Source: Citrobacter amalonaticus (GTDB lineage Bacteria; Pseudomonadota; Gammaproteobacteria; Enterobacterales; Enterobacteriaceae). From it: a DNA stretch of 64,000 nucleotides. Positions within the stretch are counted from its first letter, which is position 1, and each line of letters opens with the position of its first letter. A program made the translations under genes and the position numbers. Location of the stretch: the NCBI RefSeq assembly GCF_002918555.1, contig NZ_PQMB01000003.1:991458-1055457 (forward strand). Reading direction: 5' to 3'. Below, one piece after another: positions 1 to 14,160 of the stretch. Below the pieces are notes generated by a model. The model was not told where the DNA came from and ran no database searches. It saw nothing but the letters and a program-made list of their open reading frames with translations.

Positions 1-480
1 CGCCCGGGCATACTGAACCCCCAACAACCAGCCCAGCAGTACCAGATTCGCCAGTGATGCCGGCGCGCTAAGCCAGCGAATTTCCAGGAAGCGTCTCGCC
101 TGTACCAGCACAGCTTCACTGCCGCCAACAATGTGTAATGCCAGGTCAATAATCGGCGTGCGAAACAGCGCAATCAACACTCCGGCCCCTAGTGCCAGTA
201 TCAGCGGCTGCACCAGCGCCCTCGCCAGCGCCAGGGGATTTTTCGCGCCATAAGCCTGGGCCGTCAGCCCGGTTGTACTCATCCGTAAAAAAAGCAGCAG
301 CATGAAAAGAAAGCTGGTCGCCGTTGCCCCAATAGCAACCCCTCCCAGATAGACAGGACTGTCCAGATGACCAATCACCGCCGTATCCACCAGCCCCAGC
401 AAGGGAACGGTGATGTTGGAGAAAATCATGGGTAAGGCGAGACGCCAGAGAGCTTTATCTGAGGAGGCGAAAAACGGCAT
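1..480 (-). CDS. dinF: DinF MATE-family efflux protein, N-terminal ~160 aa only; gene continues past the window start, start codon at 480
   Basis: Minus-strand translation MPFFASSDKALWRLALPMIFSNITVPLLGLVDTAVIGHLDSPVYLGG... closely matches E. coli DinF N-terminus; downstream of lexA as in the lexA-dinF operon. Confidence 0.85.
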   Translation of the reverse strand, partial: MPFFASSDKALWRLALPMIFSNITVPLLGLVDTAVIGHLDSPVYLGGVAIGATATSFLFMLLLFLRMSTTGLTAQAYGAKNPLALARALVQPLILALGAGVLIALFRTPIIDLALHIVGGSEAVLVQARRFLEIRWLSAPASLANLVLLGWLLGVQYARA

Positions 481-634
481 GGGAGCGAGCCTGAGAAGGA
501 GTTAAACGTATTGGTGAATGGTTTCCAGGTCTGGTAAGCGTAGCGCCACCGGGCAGGTTGCCGGATGGCGACGCCACATGTCGCCGGACGACGGTGTAAA
601 CACCTTATCCGGCCTGGAGGAAATCAGCGGGCAA

Positions 635-1243
635 TTACAACCATTCGCCGTTGCGAATAACGCCTACCGCCAGCCCTTCAATGGTGAAGCTTTGCTCGCG
701 CAGGTCTACAATAATCGGTTTGAATTCGCTGTTTTCTGGCAGAAGTTCGACTTTATTACCCTGTTTCTTCAGGCGTTTTACCGTTACTTCGTCATCGATG
801 CGCGCGACCACCACCTGGCCATTACGCACATCCTGCGTTTTATGCACCGCCAGCAGATCGCCATCCATAATACCGATGTCTTTCATCGACATCCCGCTGA
901 CGCGCAGCAGAAAATCGGCGTTCGGTTTAAACAGGGATGGATCGACCTGATAATGACCTTCGATGTGCTGCTGCGCCAGCAGCGGCTCACCTGCCGCGAC
1001 GCGCCCAACAAGCGGCAGCCCTTCCTCTTCTTCCTGCAACAAACGAATACCACGCGATGCACCGGAAACAATTTCCAGCACGCCTTTACGCGCCAGTGCT
1101 TTCAGGTGTTCTTCAGCGGCGTTTGGGGAACGGAACCCCAAACGCTGCGCGATCTCCGCACGCGTCGGTGGCATACCTGTCTGGCTGATGTGATCCCGGA
1201 TGAGATCAAACACCTCTTGCTGCCTGGCCGTTAACGCTTTCAT
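635..1243 (-). CDS. lexA: LexA SOS repressor (202 aa)
   Basis: Near-identical to E. coli LexA over full length ([37 protein letters not shown]...); two SOS boxes immediately upstream. Confidence 0.97.
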   Translation of the reverse strand: MKALTARQQEVFDLIRDHISQTGMPPTRAEIAQRLGFRSPNAAEEHLKALARKGVLEIVSGASRGIRLLQEEEEGLPLVGRVAAGEPLLAQQHIEGHYQVDPSLFKPNADFLLRVSGMSMKDIGIMDGDLLAVHKTQDVRNGQVVVARIDDEVTVKRLKKQGNKVELLPENSEFKPIIVDLREQSFTIEGLAVGVIRNGEWL

Positions 1244-1251
1244 TCCGCCCC

Positions 1252-1288
1252 CTGGGTGTATATACAGTTATGCTGTGAGTATATACAG
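1252..1288 (-). promoter_or_regulatory. Two tandem LexA (SOS) boxes in the lexA promoter (1252-1267 and 1273-1288)
   Basis: Minus strand reads CTGTATATACACCCAG and CTGTATATACTCACAG, i.e. CTGT-N8-ACAG, directly upstream of the lexA start. Confidence 0.85.
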
Positions 1289-1366
1289 CTAAAGGTGATT
1301 TTGGAACCATAAACTGCGCAGAAAACAGGAGTTTTATACGGTTATGGAACCTTTATCGAAAAAACC

Positions 1367-1735
1367 TTAGCGAAAATGTGACCATAACAGGATGCCCCAG
1401 GTAATCAGTGCGACGATAATAGAGAGCAGTACGGCGGCCGATCCCATGTCTTTGGCGCGCCCGGAGAGTTCGTGATAGTCAGAACCAATGCGGTCGACAA
1501 CGGCTTCAATTGCACTGTTGAGTATTTCAACAATCATGACCAACATTACAGAACCAATCAGCAGTACGCGGGTAATGGCGTCGACATCCAGCCAGCAGGC
1601 GATGGCAACGCCCAGTAGCGCAGCAACGCTTTCCTGACGGAAGGCGGCTTCGTTGATCCACGCAGCGCGAAAACCTCTCCAGGAGTAGCCAGCTGCTTTG
1701 ATAATTCGGGTGAGTCCAGTGGTATTATTGGCCAT
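1367..1735 (-). CDS. dgkA: Diacylglycerol kinase (122 aa; alternative start at 1738)
   Basis: MANNTTGLTRIIKAAGYSWRGFRAAWINEAAFRQE... matches E. coli DgkA; conserved position between lexA and plsB. Confidence 0.93.
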   Translation of the reverse strand: MANNTTGLTRIIKAAGYSWRGFRAAWINEAAFRQESVAALLGVAIACWLDVDAITRVLLIGSVMLVMIVEILNSAIEAVVDRIGSDYHELSGRAKDMGSAAVLLSIIVALITWGILLWSHFR

Positions 1736-1905
1736 CAAAAAAACCTTTCTGCATTATTAGCGTCAATGACATTATATCGTTAACTCCGTTGTTCTGAGCT
1801 ACAGCAACGCGGCGCGAAGTATGACGGGATAGTCCAGAAATTCACATGACTTTCTGATATCCTTGCAGCGCATTTGCATTATTAACCAGAGGCTTTACAT
1901 CGTTT

Positions 1906-4326
1906 ATGTCCGGCTGGCCACGAATTTACTACAAATTACTGAATTTACCATTAAGCGTACTGGTAAAAAGCAAGTCCATTCCGGCGGATCCCGCTCCGGA
2001 ATTAGGACTCGATACCTCTCGTCCAATTATGTACGTTTTACCGTACAACTCGAAAGCGGACTTGCTAACGCTGCGCGCCCAATGTCTGGCGCATGACCTT
2101 CCGGATCCCCTGGAACCACTGGAGATCGACGGCACGCTGCTGCCGCGCCATATCTTCATTCATGGGGGTCCGCGTGTCTTTACCTGGTACACGCCAAAAG
2201 AAGAGTCCATTAAGTTATTCCACAACTATCTCGACCTGCATCGCAGCAATCCGGACCTGGATGTGCAAATGGTGCCGGTATCGGTGATGTTTGGTCGCGC
2301 GCCCGGGCGCGAAAAAGGCGAGGTCAACCCTCCGCTGCGGATGCTGAATGGCATTCAGAAATTCTTTGCGGTTTCCTGGCTGGGTCGCGACAGTTTTGTG
2401 CGCTTCTCTCCCTCCGTTTCTCTGCGCCGGATGGCCGACGAACACGGAACGGATAAAACCATTGCGCAAAAACTGGCCCGCGTGGCGCGTATGCATTTCG
2501 CCCGCCAGCGTCTGGCGGCGGTCGGACCGCGCCTGCCTGCCCGTCAGGATCTGTTCAACAAGCTGCTGGCGTCCAAAGCCATTGCTCGTGCGATTGAAGA
2601 CGAAGCGCGCAGCAAGAAAATTTCCCATGAAAAAGCGCAGCAGAACGCGATTGCGCTGATGGAAGAGATTGCCGCCAACTTCTCATACGAGATGATCCGT
2701 CTGACGGACCGTATTCTTGGCTTTACCTGGAACCGGCTGTATCAGGGGATTAACGTCCATAACGCCGAGCGCGTACGCCAGCTGGCGCACGACGGGCATG
2801 AAATCGTCTATGTACCCTGCCACCGCAGTCACATGGACTACCTGCTGCTTTCTTACGTGCTGTATCATCAGGGGCTGGTGCCGCCGCATATTGCTGCGGG
2901 CATTAACCTGAACTTCTGGCCGGCAGGTCCGATATTCCGCCGCCTGGGCGCGTTCTTTATTCGTCGTACCTTCAAGGGCAATAAGCTCTACTCCACCGTT
3001 TTCCGTGAATACCTGGGCGAACTGTTCAGCCGTGGCTATTCAGTGGAATATTTCGTGGAAGGCGGTCGCTCACGTACCGGTCGTTTACTGGATCCGAAAA
3101 CCGGCACTCTCTCGATGACCATTCAGGCGATGCTGCGCGGCGGAACTCGCCCAATCACACTGGTGCCAATTTATATCGGTTACGAGCATGTGATGGAGGT
3201 CGGGACTTACGCCAAAGAGTTGCGTGGCGCGACGAAAGAGAAAGAGAGTCTGCCGCAGATGCTGCGCGGCTTAAGCAAGCTGCGTAATCTGGGTCAGGGC
3301 TACGTTAACTTTGGCGAACCGATGCCGCTGATGACGTATCTGAACCATCATGTCCCGGACTGGCGCGAATCTATCGATCCTATCGAAGCCGTGCGCCCTG
3401 CCTGGCTGACGCCGACGGTTAACGGCATGGCGACTGAGCTGATGGTGCGTATCAACAACGCCGGTGCGGCAAACGCCATGAACCTTTGCTGTACCGCGCT
3501 GCTGGCTTCGCGTCAACGTTCGCTGACCCGCGAGCAGCTGACCGAACAGCTCGACTGCTATCTGAATCTGATGCGCAATGTACCGTACTCCACCGATTCG
3601 ACTGTGCCATCGGTCAGCGCCAGCGATCTTATCGATCACGCGCTGCAGATGAATAAGTTCGAAGTCGAGAAGGACACCATCGGGGATATCATCATTCTGC
3701 CGCGCGAGCAGGCGGTGCTGATGACTTACTACCGTAACAACATCGCACATATGCTGGTGTTGCCGTCGCTGATGGCAGCCATTATTACCCAACATCGCCA
3801 CATCTCTCGTGAGGCGCTCCAGCAGCATGTTGACGTGCTCTATCCGATGCTGAAAGCCGAGCTGTTCCTGCGTTGGGAGCGCAATGACCTCGTCGACGTG
3901 CTTGACGCGCTGGCCAGCGAGATGCAGCGTCAGGGGCTGATTACGTTGCAAAACAACGAGCTGCATATTAACCCCGCACACTCCCGCACGTTGCAACTGC
4001 TGGCGGCTGGCGCGCGTGAAACGCTGCAACGCTATGCCATCACGTTCTGGCTACTGAGTGCGAACCCGTCCATCAATCGTGGCACGCTGGAGAAAGAGAG
4101 TCGTACCGTGGCGCAGCGTCTGTCGGTACTGCACGGCATCAACGCGCCTGAGTTCTTCGACAAAGCGGTATTCAGCTCTCTGGTATTAACTTTGCGCGAT
4201 GAAGGCTACATTAGCGATACTGGCGATGCCGAGCCGGAGCAGACGATGAAGGTATATCAGATGCTGGCGGAGTTGATTACGTCGGATGTACGTCTGACTA
4301 TCGAAAGCGCGACGCAGAGTGAGTAG
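1906..4326 (+). CDS. plsB: Glycerol-3-phosphate acyltransferase PlsB (806 aa)
   Basis: Full-length near-identity to E. coli PlsB ([17 protein letters not shown]...; [10 protein letters not shown] acyltransferase motif). Confidence 0.97.
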   Translation: MSGWPRIYYKLLNLPLSVLVKSKSIPADPAPELGLDTSRPIMYVLPYNSKADLLTLRAQCLAHDLPDPLEPLEIDGTLLPRHIFIHGGPRVFTWYTPKEESIKLFHNYLDLHRSNPDLDVQMVPVSVMFGRAPGREKGEVNPPLRMLNGIQKFFAVSWLGRDSFVRFSPSVSLRRMADEHGTDKTIAQKLARVARMHFARQRLAAVGPRLPARQDLFNKLLASKAIARAIEDEARSKKISHEKAQQNAIALMEEIAANFSYEMIRLTDRILGFTWNRLYQGINVHNAERVRQLAHDGHEIVYVPCHRSHMDYLLLSYVLYHQGLVPPHIAAGINLNFWPAGPIFRRLGAFFIRRTFKGNKLYSTVFREYLGELFSRGYSVEYFVEGGRSRTGRLLDPKTGTLSMTIQAMLRGGTRPITLVPIYIGYEHVMEVGTYAKELRGATKEKESLPQMLRGLSKLRNLGQGYVNFGEPMPLMTYLNHHVPDWRESIDPIEAVRPAWLTPTVNGMATELMVRINNAGAANAMNLCCTALLASRQRSLTREQLTEQLDCYLNLMRNVPYSTDSTVPSVSASDLIDHALQMNKFEVEKDTIGDIIILPREQAVLMTYYRNNIAHMLVLPSLMAAIITQHRHISREALQQHVDVLYPMLKAELFLRWERNDLVDVLDALASEMQRQGLITLQNNELHINPAHSRTLQLLAAGARETLQRYAITFWLLSANPSINRGTLEKESRTVAQRLSVLHGINAPEFFDKAVFSSLVLTLRDEGYISDTGDAEPEQTMKVYQMLAELITSDVRLTIESATQSE

Positions 4327-4337
4327 GTCGTAACCGA

Positions 4338-4411
4338 TCGTAGGCCGGATAAGGCGGAACGTCGCCCTCCGGCATATGTGGTGTGCCTGATGACGCTATG
4401 CTTATCAGGCA
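4338..4411. repeat. REP-like palindromic element (gtaggccggataaggcg...) followed by a 28-bp hairpin (gcctgatgacgctatgcttatcaggc), likely bidirectional terminator between plsB and ubiA
   Basis: GCCGGATAAGGCG REP signature and a perfect 9-bp-arm inverted repeat seen directly in the convergent intergenic region. Confidence 0.5.
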
Positions 4412-4430
4412 CATTATTCTGTTAAAACAT

Positions 4431-5303
4431 TCATAAGTGCCAGTAGCTCATCGCCAGCCCGATAAACAGCACCAGACCAACGTAGTTGTTGTTCATAAAC
4501 GCTTTAAAGCAGGCCTCGCGATCGCGGTGAACAATCAGTTTCTGCTGGTAGACGAACAATGCGCCAGCTATCAGCACCGCCCAGTAGTATCCCATCCCCA
4601 GCCCGTTGAGCCAGCCAACCAGCGCCATTAATGCCAGCACGCCAACCTGCAAAATACCAATAATCAGTTTGTCGTTCCGACCAAACAGGATCGCGGTCGA
4701 TTTGATACCTATTTTCAGGTCGTCATCCCGATCGACCATCGCATATTGCGTATCGTACGCCACGGCCCAGAGAATATTCGCAAGGAACATCAGCCAGCAG
4801 CTCAGCGGCACAGACTCACTGACCGCCGCAAACGCCATCGGAATCGACCAGCCAAACGCCGCGCCCAGTACAACCTGCGGCAGATGGGTATAGCGCTTCA
4901 TAAACGGATAGACCCACGCCAACCCCAGCGCCGCAATTGACAGCAGAATGGTCATCGTATTCAGAGTCAGCACCAGCAGGAAGGAAAGGACCACCAGCAC
5001 CACAAACAGCGTGCGTGCTTCTTTCTCGGTCACTGCCCCGCTCGGTAGCGGTCGGTTCGCCGTGCGCTTCACGTGACCGTCAAACTTACGGTCAGCATAA
5101 TCGTTGACGACGCATCCGGCAGCACGCATCAACCAGACACCGGCGACAAACACCGCCAGGATCCACAGCTGCGGTACGCCAGGGGTTGCCACCCACAACG
5201 CCCACAGCGTTGGCCAGAGCAGCAGTAAAGCGCCGATTGGCTTATCCGTACGCATTAAGCGGTGAAACGCCAACAGCTTATTCTGCGTCAGACTCCACTC
5301 CAT
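4431..5303 (-). CDS. ubiA: 4-hydroxybenzoate octaprenyltransferase UbiA (290 aa)
   Basis: [37 protein letters not shown]... near-identical to E. coli UbiA. Confidence 0.96.
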   Translation of the reverse strand: MEWSLTQNKLLAFHRLMRTDKPIGALLLLWPTLWALWVATPGVPQLWILAVFVAGVWLMRAAGCVVNDYADRKFDGHVKRTANRPLPSGAVTEKEARTLFVVLVVLSFLLVLTLNTMTILLSIAALGLAWVYPFMKRYTHLPQVVLGAAFGWSIPMAFAAVSESVPLSCWLMFLANILWAVAYDTQYAMVDRDDDLKIGIKSTAILFGRNDKLIIGILQVGVLALMALVGWLNGLGMGYYWAVLIAGALFVYQQKLIVHRDREACFKAFMNNNYVGLVLFIGLAMSYWHL

Positions 5304-5316
5304 TTTATTATCCTCT

Positions 5317-5814
5317 TCAGTACAACGGTGATGCAGGCAAAAAGAGTTCAGTAAGCATCAGAGGCTTGCCGCTTAACCGCAAACGGGAACGACGTCCCCA
5401 TAGCGCTGCATCACAACCAATCTCAATAAAATCTCGGGTCAACGTCGATGATGTAAAAAGATAGCGCCCTAACGGGGTTTTCCCCAGATTTTGTAAGGCC
5501 AGTTCAGGGCCGCATAACGTTGATTCAGGCACGACGGTACGCCCGGCAAGCCAGGGTTCGCCATCCGCACAGAGTAAAATTTCACGTAGCCAGTAGCGGG
5601 ACTCTTTTGGCAATAACGCCAGCTCCTCCACCACTTCAGCTTGTTCAACAAAGGCTTCCCGAAGTAGCGTGACAGTCACCCGTTTTCCCTGCTGCTCAAA
5701 ACGTTTCGTCATGGAATCTTCCAGTAACAGCCAGTCAAGCAGGTCGGGATCCAGCGCAGGAATCTCGTCAAAATAGCGCAGCGCACGCAGTTGCGTTAAC
5801 GCGGGGTGTGACAT
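5317..5814 (-). CDS. ubiC: Chorismate pyruvate-lyase UbiC (165 aa)
   Basis: [44 protein letters not shown]... matches E. coli UbiC; 13-bp gap to ubiA (operon). Confidence 0.95.
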   Translation of the reverse strand: MSHPALTQLRALRYFDEIPALDPDLLDWLLLEDSMTKRFEQQGKRVTVTLLREAFVEQAEVVEELALLPKESRYWLREILLCADGEPWLAGRTVVPESTLCGPELALQNLGKTPLGRYLFTSSTLTRDFIEIGCDAALWGRRSRLRLSGKPLMLTELFLPASPLY

Positions 5815-5924
5815 GCCTTACTCTCCGTTTCATAACGTAAAGGCATTGTATCGCAGAAAAGAGATTACGGGAGATGGAAACATAATTAAGTGATCTGTTG
5901 CGCAACAGAAACTTAACAATTCGC

Positions 5925-5952
5925 ATGGAATGCTAAAAAAAAGGTGCGCCAC
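5925..5952 (-). terminator. Rho-independent terminator of the malK-lamB-malM operon
   Basis: Minus strand GGTGCGTCTCGTGGCGCACC hairpin followed by T8, just downstream of the malM stop. Confidence 0.7.
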
Positions 5953-5994
5953 GAGACGCACCAGTTGTTGCAAATCAGCAATGTGGGGAGAGCG

Positions 5995-6942
5995 TTACCC
6001 CTTGCCTTTTACACTGCTGATAAAAGTGGAACGGGCAGATGTCGATCCCAGACGTTCAGCTTCATCAAGCAGTTTCAGCGCTTTATCGACATCGCCTTTC
6101 GCAACGGCCTCTTTAATCGCGCTGTTAAAATAGCTTTCCGTGTCGTTCAGCATCGGTTCGCTTTTCTTCGCGGGTTGTGGCGCTGGAGCAGCAACTGCTG
6201 CTGCCGGAGCCGCATAGGTCGGGGCAGGCGCGGCGGTATTGCCCACCGTGACAGGACCAGGGCCGGATGAACCAAACAGCGGTCCAACCAGCACGCTGGA
6301 GCTGCTGTTGGTTTTCACTTTCAGCTTCAGCAGACCGTCGGTGGTATGACGGGCGATCGGGTCTGGAATATCCGGAACAGCGTTACCTACGCCCTTGGCA
6401 TAGGCTTTTGCCGGATCAAGCAAGGTTGTGGTCTGCTGGAGATCTTTCTCAGTGGTAAAGACCAAAACATAGAGTTTTTGCTGACCCAGCGCTGGCGTCA
6501 GGCGCATGACGCCTTCCAGACGATCCGCGCTCATCACCCCCGGCTCCTGGTAAGTAAAATAGCTGCCGGGGAAGAACGCCGATGGCGTCATGTTTTGGTC
6601 AAGAATTAATACGTTTGGCGCAAATACGCTGGTTTGTTTATTCACTTCACTGGACAGCGTCAGCGTGAGCTCGCCAATATTCGCCGGTATGCTGTAAGCC
6701 GCTACCGGGCCGGAAATGCCCGCGACGTCAAGGCGCTGACCGCCGGTTGAGAGTTGTGTGGACTGAGTTTTGGACTGGTCGACAGGCGTCCAGGTCAACT
6801 GTTGTAAGGCGGCGCCTGGGATCACCGGCGCAGCACTGGTATTTTGCGGAACATAGTTGACCTCCGCAAGCGTAATACCCGGAGCGCTTGCCCATAATCC
6901 TGCGGATAAACAGAGGGCGACGAGAGTTTTCTTCATTTTCAT
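5995..6942 (-). CDS. malM: Maltose operon periplasmic protein MalM (start at MKMKKTLV; ORF-track start 6951 is an upstream in-frame Met)
   Basis: Strong similarity to E. coli MalM through the C-terminus (...STFISSVKGKG). Confidence 0.93.
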   Translation of the reverse strand: MKMKKTLVALCLSAGLWASAPGITLAEVNYVPQNTSAAPVIPGAALQQLTWTPVDQSKTQSTQLSTGGQRLDVAGISGPVAAYSIPANIGELTLTLSSEVNKQTSVFAPNVLILDQNMTPSAFFPGSYFTYQEPGVMSADRLEGVMRLTPALGQQKLYVLVFTTEKDLQQTTTLLDPAKAYAKGVGNAVPDIPDPIARHTTDGLLKLKVKTNSSSSVLVGPLFGSSGPGPVTVGNTAAPAPTYAAPAAAVAAPAPQPAKKSEPMLNDTESYFNSAIKEAVAKGDVDKALKLLDEAERLGSTSARSTFISSVKGKG

Positions 6943-7047
6943 TGTTATCACCTCAGATAGCGTGGGTTCAGCGGTGGCCAGGCAATAGCGCGCTAAACCA
7001 GAAATAAGAGGGGCTTGCGCCCCTCGTCACATCAGGTTACTGCCGTA

Positions 7048-8400
<1,353 letters not shown>

Positions 8401-8506
8401 TTAAACGCGTCCCCCTTCGGACTGCCTCTTTGTTGGCTGCATTCTTTCACCTGCCGCCGCGATGCTGCCTCGAATGGTTTTGCGTTTTGTTTTTTTAATG
8501 GGGACC

Positions 8507-9616
8507 TTAAACACCCGGCTCCTGATGCAGTCGACGACATGCGGTGCCATCCTCACGAAACAGATGGCAACGCTCTGGCGGCAGGCCGATAGCGAATGTG
8601 GCACCCTCTTCTACCAACACCACGTCGTTCTGGCGGTACACCAGGTTCTGACGGATGGCGGGGATCTGGATATGAATCTGTGTTTCGTGACCGAGCTGTT
8701 CGACGACCTGAACTTCACCTTCCAGGGTGACATCGGCGATGTCGCTGGGCAGCAGATGTTCAGGGCGAATACCTAATGACATGTTGGCGCCCACCTGAAC
8801 ATCACGGCTCTCAACCGGCAGCCAGACGTTCTGGCGGTTCGGCAGTTCAACCTGCACCTGGTCGATAGCGGTCGCGGTGACTTTCACCGGCAGGAAGTTC
8901 ATCTTCGGCGAGCCAATGAACCCCGCCACAAAGCGATCCGCCGGGTAGTGATACAGCTCCAGCGGTTTACCCACCTGTGCAACGCGGCCTGCGTCCAGCA
9001 CCACGATTTTGTCAGCCAGCGTCATCGCTTCGACCTGATCGTGAGTGACGTAAATCATCGTGCGGCCAAGACGTTTATGCAGGCGGGAGATTTCGATACG
9101 CATCTGAACGCGCAGCGCGGCATCAAGGTTAGAAAGGGGTTCATCAAGCAGGAACACGCGCGGTTCCGCCACCAGCGTACGGCCAATGGCCACACGCTGA
9201 CGCTGCCCGCCGGAGAGCGCTTTCGGTTTACGATCCAGCAGGTGCGCCAGTTGAAGGACTTCCGCCACCTGATTGACGCGCTGGTTCATCACCTCTTTCT
9301 TCGCGCCCGCCAGCTTGAGGCCAAAGGACATATTTTCAGCAACAGACAGATGGGGGTAGAGCGCGTAGGACTGGAAAACCATGCCCACGCCGCGTTCAGC
9401 GGGCGGGATATCGTTCATCCGGGTTTCACCAATAAACAGATCGCCGCTGGTGATGGTCTCAAGCCCGGCGATCATACGCAGTAACGTTGATTTACCGCAG
9501 CCTGACGGTCCCACAAACACCACGAACTCTCCTTCGTGAATGTCGAGATTGATATCTTTCGATACCACCACGTCACCCCAGGCTTTCGTTACATTTCGCA
9601 GCTGTACGCTCGCCAT
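8507..9616 (-). CDS. malK: Maltose ABC transporter ATPase MalK (369 aa)
   Basis: [53 protein letters not shown]...; Walker A, LSGGQ signature, C-terminal regulatory domain. Confidence 0.96.
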   Translation of the reverse strand: MASVQLRNVTKAWGDVVVSKDINLDIHEGEFVVFVGPSGCGKSTLLRMIAGLETITSGDLFIGETRMNDIPPAERGVGMVFQSYALYPHLSVAENMSFGLKLAGAKKEVMNQRVNQVAEVLQLAHLLDRKPKALSGGQRQRVAIGRTLVAEPRVFLLDEPLSNLDAALRVQMRIEISRLHKRLGRTMIYVTHDQVEAMTLADKIVVLDAGRVAQVGKPLELYHYPADRFVAGFIGSPKMNFLPVKVTATAIDQVQVELPNRQNVWLPVESRDVQVGANMSLGIRPEHLLPSDIADVTLEGEVQVVEQLGHETQIHIQIPAIRQNLVYRQNDVVLVEEGATFAIGLPPERCHLFREDGTACRRLHQEPGV

Positions 9617-11166
<1,550 letters not shown>

Positions 11167-11217
11167 TACGGTTTCCCTTATTTCTTAGGGAATCAGGTTT
11201 ATTGAATACGTTGTTAC

Positions 11218-11335
11218 GCGAAATCATTCGCGCTACATCGAGGCGGCAAGGAGGCAAATCCCCAGGAGCTTACATAAGTAAGTGACTGGGGTGAGCTTCC
11301 GCAGCCAACAAAGAGGTAGTGCGCAGGATAAAGCG
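11218..11335. repeat. ERIC (IRU) element copy 1, central core conserved, in malE-malF intergenic region
   Basis: Contains ...ATCCCCAGGAGCTTACATAAGTAAGTGACTGGGGTGAGC..., which matches the ERIC1R/ERIC2 primer core of the ERIC consensus. Confidence 0.75.
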
Positions 11336-11353
11336 TAAAGAGGATTGATCCCC

Positions 11354-12898
11354 ATGGATGTCATTAAAAAGAAACACTGGTGGCAAAGCGACACGCTTAA
11401 ATGGTCAGTGATTGGTTTGCTGGGCCTGCTGGTGGGTTACCTTGTAGTTTTAATGTACGCACAAGGGGAGTACCTGTTTGCCATCATGACGCTGATTTTA
11501 AGCTCTGCTGGCCTGTATATTTTCGCCAATCGTAAGACCTACGCCTGGCGCTATGTTTACCCTGGCATGGCCGGGATGGGACTGTTTGTCCTGTTCCCGC
11601 TGATCTGCACCATCGCTATTGCCTTTACCAACTACAGTAGTACCAACCAGCTCACCTTCGAACGTGCGCAGCAGGTACTCATGGACCGTTCTTACCAGGC
11701 GGGCAAAACTTACAACTTCGGGCTTTATCCGGCGGGTGAAGAGTGGCAGCTGGCCCTCACCGACGGGGAAACCGGCAAGAATTATCTCTCTGACGCCTTT
11801 AAATTTGGCGGCGAGCAGAAGCTACAGCTGAAAGAGACTGACGCCCTGCCGGGCGGCGAACGCGCCACTTTGCGCATCATTACTCAGAATCGCCAGGCGC
11901 TGAATCAGTTAACCGCCATTCTGCCAGACGAAAGTAAAGTCATTATGAGTTCGCTGCGTCAGTTCTCCGGCACGCAGCCGCTGTACACGCTTGCGGATGA
12001 CGGCACGCTGACCAACAACCAGAGCGGCGTGAAATATCGCGCGAATAACGACATTGGTTACTGGCAGTCGATCAACGCTGAGGGGAACTGGGGCGATGAC
12101 AAACTGAGCCCAGGCTATACCGTTACCATCGGCTGGGACAATTTCACCCGCGTCTTTACCGATGAGGGGATCCAGAAACCGTTCTTCGCCATCTTCGTCT
12201 GGACCGTGGTGTTCTCGGTGCTTACCGTCGCGTTAACCGTTGCCGTGGGCATGGTGCTGGCGTGCCTGGTGCAGTGGGAATCCCTTAAAGGTAAAGCGAT
12301 TTATCGCGTGCTGTTGATTCTGCCGTACGCCGTACCGTCGTTCATCTCGATTCTGATTTTCAAGGGGTTGTTTAACCAGAGCTTTGGTGAAATCAACATG
12401 ATGCTGAGCGCGCTGTTTGGCATCAAACCGGCCTGGTTCAGTGACCCAACCACCGCGCGTTCGATGATCATCATCGTTAACACCTGGCTTGGTTATCCCT
12501 ACATGATGATCCTGTGCATGGGGCTGTTAAAAGCGATTCCGGACGATCTGTATGAAGCGTCAGCGATGGACGGCGCAGGCCCGTTCCAGAACTTCTTTAA
12601 GATTACGCTGCCGCTGCTGATTAAGCCGCTAACGCCGCTGATGATCGCCAGCTTTGCGTTTAACTTTAACAACTTCGTTCTGATTCAGCTGTTGACCAAC
12701 GGCGGTCCTGACCGTCTCGGCACCACCACACCTGCCGGTTATACCGACCTGCTCGTGAGCTATACCTGGCGAATCGCCTTTGAAGGCGGCGGCGGTCAGG
12801 ACTTTGGCCTGGCGGCCGCTATCGCCACGCTGATCTTCCTGTTGGTGGGCGCGCTGGCGATAGTGAACCTGAAAGCCACACGAATGAAGTTTGATTAA
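11354..12898 (+). CDS. malF: Maltose ABC transporter permease MalF (start [10 protein letters not shown])
   Basis: Near-identity to E. coli MalF including the EAA loop region. Confidence 0.96.
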   Translation: MDVIKKKHWWQSDTLKWSVIGLLGLLVGYLVVLMYAQGEYLFAIMTLILSSAGLYIFANRKTYAWRYVYPGMAGMGLFVLFPLICTIAIAFTNYSSTNQLTFERAQQVLMDRSYQAGKTYNFGLYPAGEEWQLALTDGETGKNYLSDAFKFGGEQKLQLKETDALPGGERATLRIITQNRQALNQLTAILPDESKVIMSSLRQFSGTQPLYTLADDGTLTNNQSGVKYRANNDIGYWQSINAEGNWGDDKLSPGYTVTIGWDNFTRVFTDEGIQKPFFAIFVWTVVFSVLTVALTVAVGMVLACLVQWESLKGKAIYRVLLILPYAVPSFISILIFKGLFNQSFGEINMMLSALFGIKPAWFSDPTTARSMIIIVNTWLGYPYMMILCMGLLKAIPDDLYEASAMDGAGPFQNFFKITLPLLIKPLTPLMIASFAFNFNNFVLIQLLTNGGPDRLGTTTPAGYTDLLVSYTWRIAFEGGGGQDFGLAAAIATLIFLLVGALAIVNLKATRMKFD

Positions 12899-12912
12899 GG
12901 GAGATAACGAAC

Positions 12913-13803
12913 ATGGCTATGGTACAACCCAAATCTCAGAAACTGCGTCTCTTCACGACGCACCTTCTGCTGTTGATTTTCATTGCGGCGATCATGTTCC
13001 CGCTGCTGATGGTTATCGCCATCTCCCTGCGTGAAGGCAACTTTGCCACCGGGAGCCTGATCCCGGAACAGATCTCCTGGGAGCACTGGCGGCTGGCGCT
13101 GGGCTTCAGCGTTGAACATGCTGATGGGCGTGTTACGCCGCCGCCTTTCCCGGTTCTGTTGTGGTTGTGGAACTCGGTGAAAATCGCCGGTATTACCGCG
13201 ACTGGCATTGTCGCGCTCTCCACCACCTGCGCCTACGCGTTTGCCCGTATGCGTTTTCCGGGGAAAGCAACGCTGCTTAAAGGGATGCTGATTTTCCAGA
13301 TGTTCCCGGCAGTACTCTCACTGGTGGCATTGTATGCCCTGTTCGACCGCCTCGGTCAGTACATTCCCTTCATCGGCCTGAATACTCACGGTGGGGTTAT
13401 CTTCGCCTATCTTGGCGGCATCGCACTGCACGTCTGGACCATCAAAGGGTATTTTGAAACCATCGACGGCTCGCTGGAAGAAGCCGCCGCGCTGGATGGT
13501 GCCACCCCGTGGCAGGCTTTCCGCCTCGTGCTGCTGCCGCTCTCGGTGCCGATTCTGGCGGTAGTCTTTATTCTGTCGTTTATTGCCGCCATTACCGAAG
13601 TTCCGGTCGCTTCGCTATTACTGCGCGATGTGAACAGCTACACCCTGGCGGTGGGGATGCAGCAATACCTCAACCCACAAAACTACCTGTGGGGCGACTT
13701 TGCCGCTGCCGCTGTCTTGTCCGCCATTCCTATCACCCTGGTGTTCCTGCTGGCCCAGCGCTGGCTGGTTAACGGCCTCACGGCGGGTGGTGTGAAAGGT
13801 TAG
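12913..13803 (+). CDS. malG: Maltose ABC transporter permease MalG (296 aa)
   Basis: [59 protein letters not shown]... matches E. coli MalG. Confidence 0.96.
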   Translation: MAMVQPKSQKLRLFTTHLLLLIFIAAIMFPLLMVIAISLREGNFATGSLIPEQISWEHWRLALGFSVEHADGRVTPPPFPVLLWLWNSVKIAGITATGIVALSTTCAYAFARMRFPGKATLLKGMLIFQMFPAVLSLVALYALFDRLGQYIPFIGLNTHGGVIFAYLGGIALHVWTIKGYFETIDGSLEEAAALDGATPWQAFRLVLLPLSVPILAVVFILSFIAAITEVPVASLLLRDVNSYTLAVGMQQYLNPQNYLWGDFAAAAVLSAIPITLVFLLAQRWLVNGLTAGGVKG

Positions 13804-13880
13804 TTTTGAAGTACCCGCCCGGAAACGGGCAATGCCACTGCACCCTCAACTTATGTTATCCCAACTTGTGACTGTTATTT

Positions 13881-13907
13881 GGCGCTCCCTGGAGCGCCCT
13901 TTTTTTA
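13881..13907 (+). terminator. Rho-independent terminator downstream of malG
   Basis: GGCGCTCC-ctg-GAGCGCC hairpin followed by TTTTTTT. Confidence 0.75.
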
Positions 13908-14160
13908 TGTTATTTCATAATGCAGTTACGATTATTTTCTTTCGTGCTCTCCATCACTACAATTCTATTTACTGCCGGGTTTTCGACAAATTAAACAGAA
14001 TTAAGATCACAGAAAAGACAAATCGTAACAGCATTGTTAAAAATGATAATTGCCTTCATCACGTGACAATTTCACCATCATCAGCTCTGATAAAAAGAGC
14101 CGTATCTTCACCTCTGAAAGATACTGTTGAACAGTCACCTGGTGTCAAAGGCAGGTCTGA

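Noticed and set aside
2215-4029. Antisense ORFs inside plsB (2215..2628, 3271..4029 and others)
   Set aside because: Shadow ORFs on the opposite strand of a highly conserved gene; no RBS, no similarity.
8401-8604. 67-aa ORF between lamB and malK, overlapping the malK end
   Set aside because: Overlaps malK C-terminus and the short lamB-malK intergenic spacer; no conservation expected.
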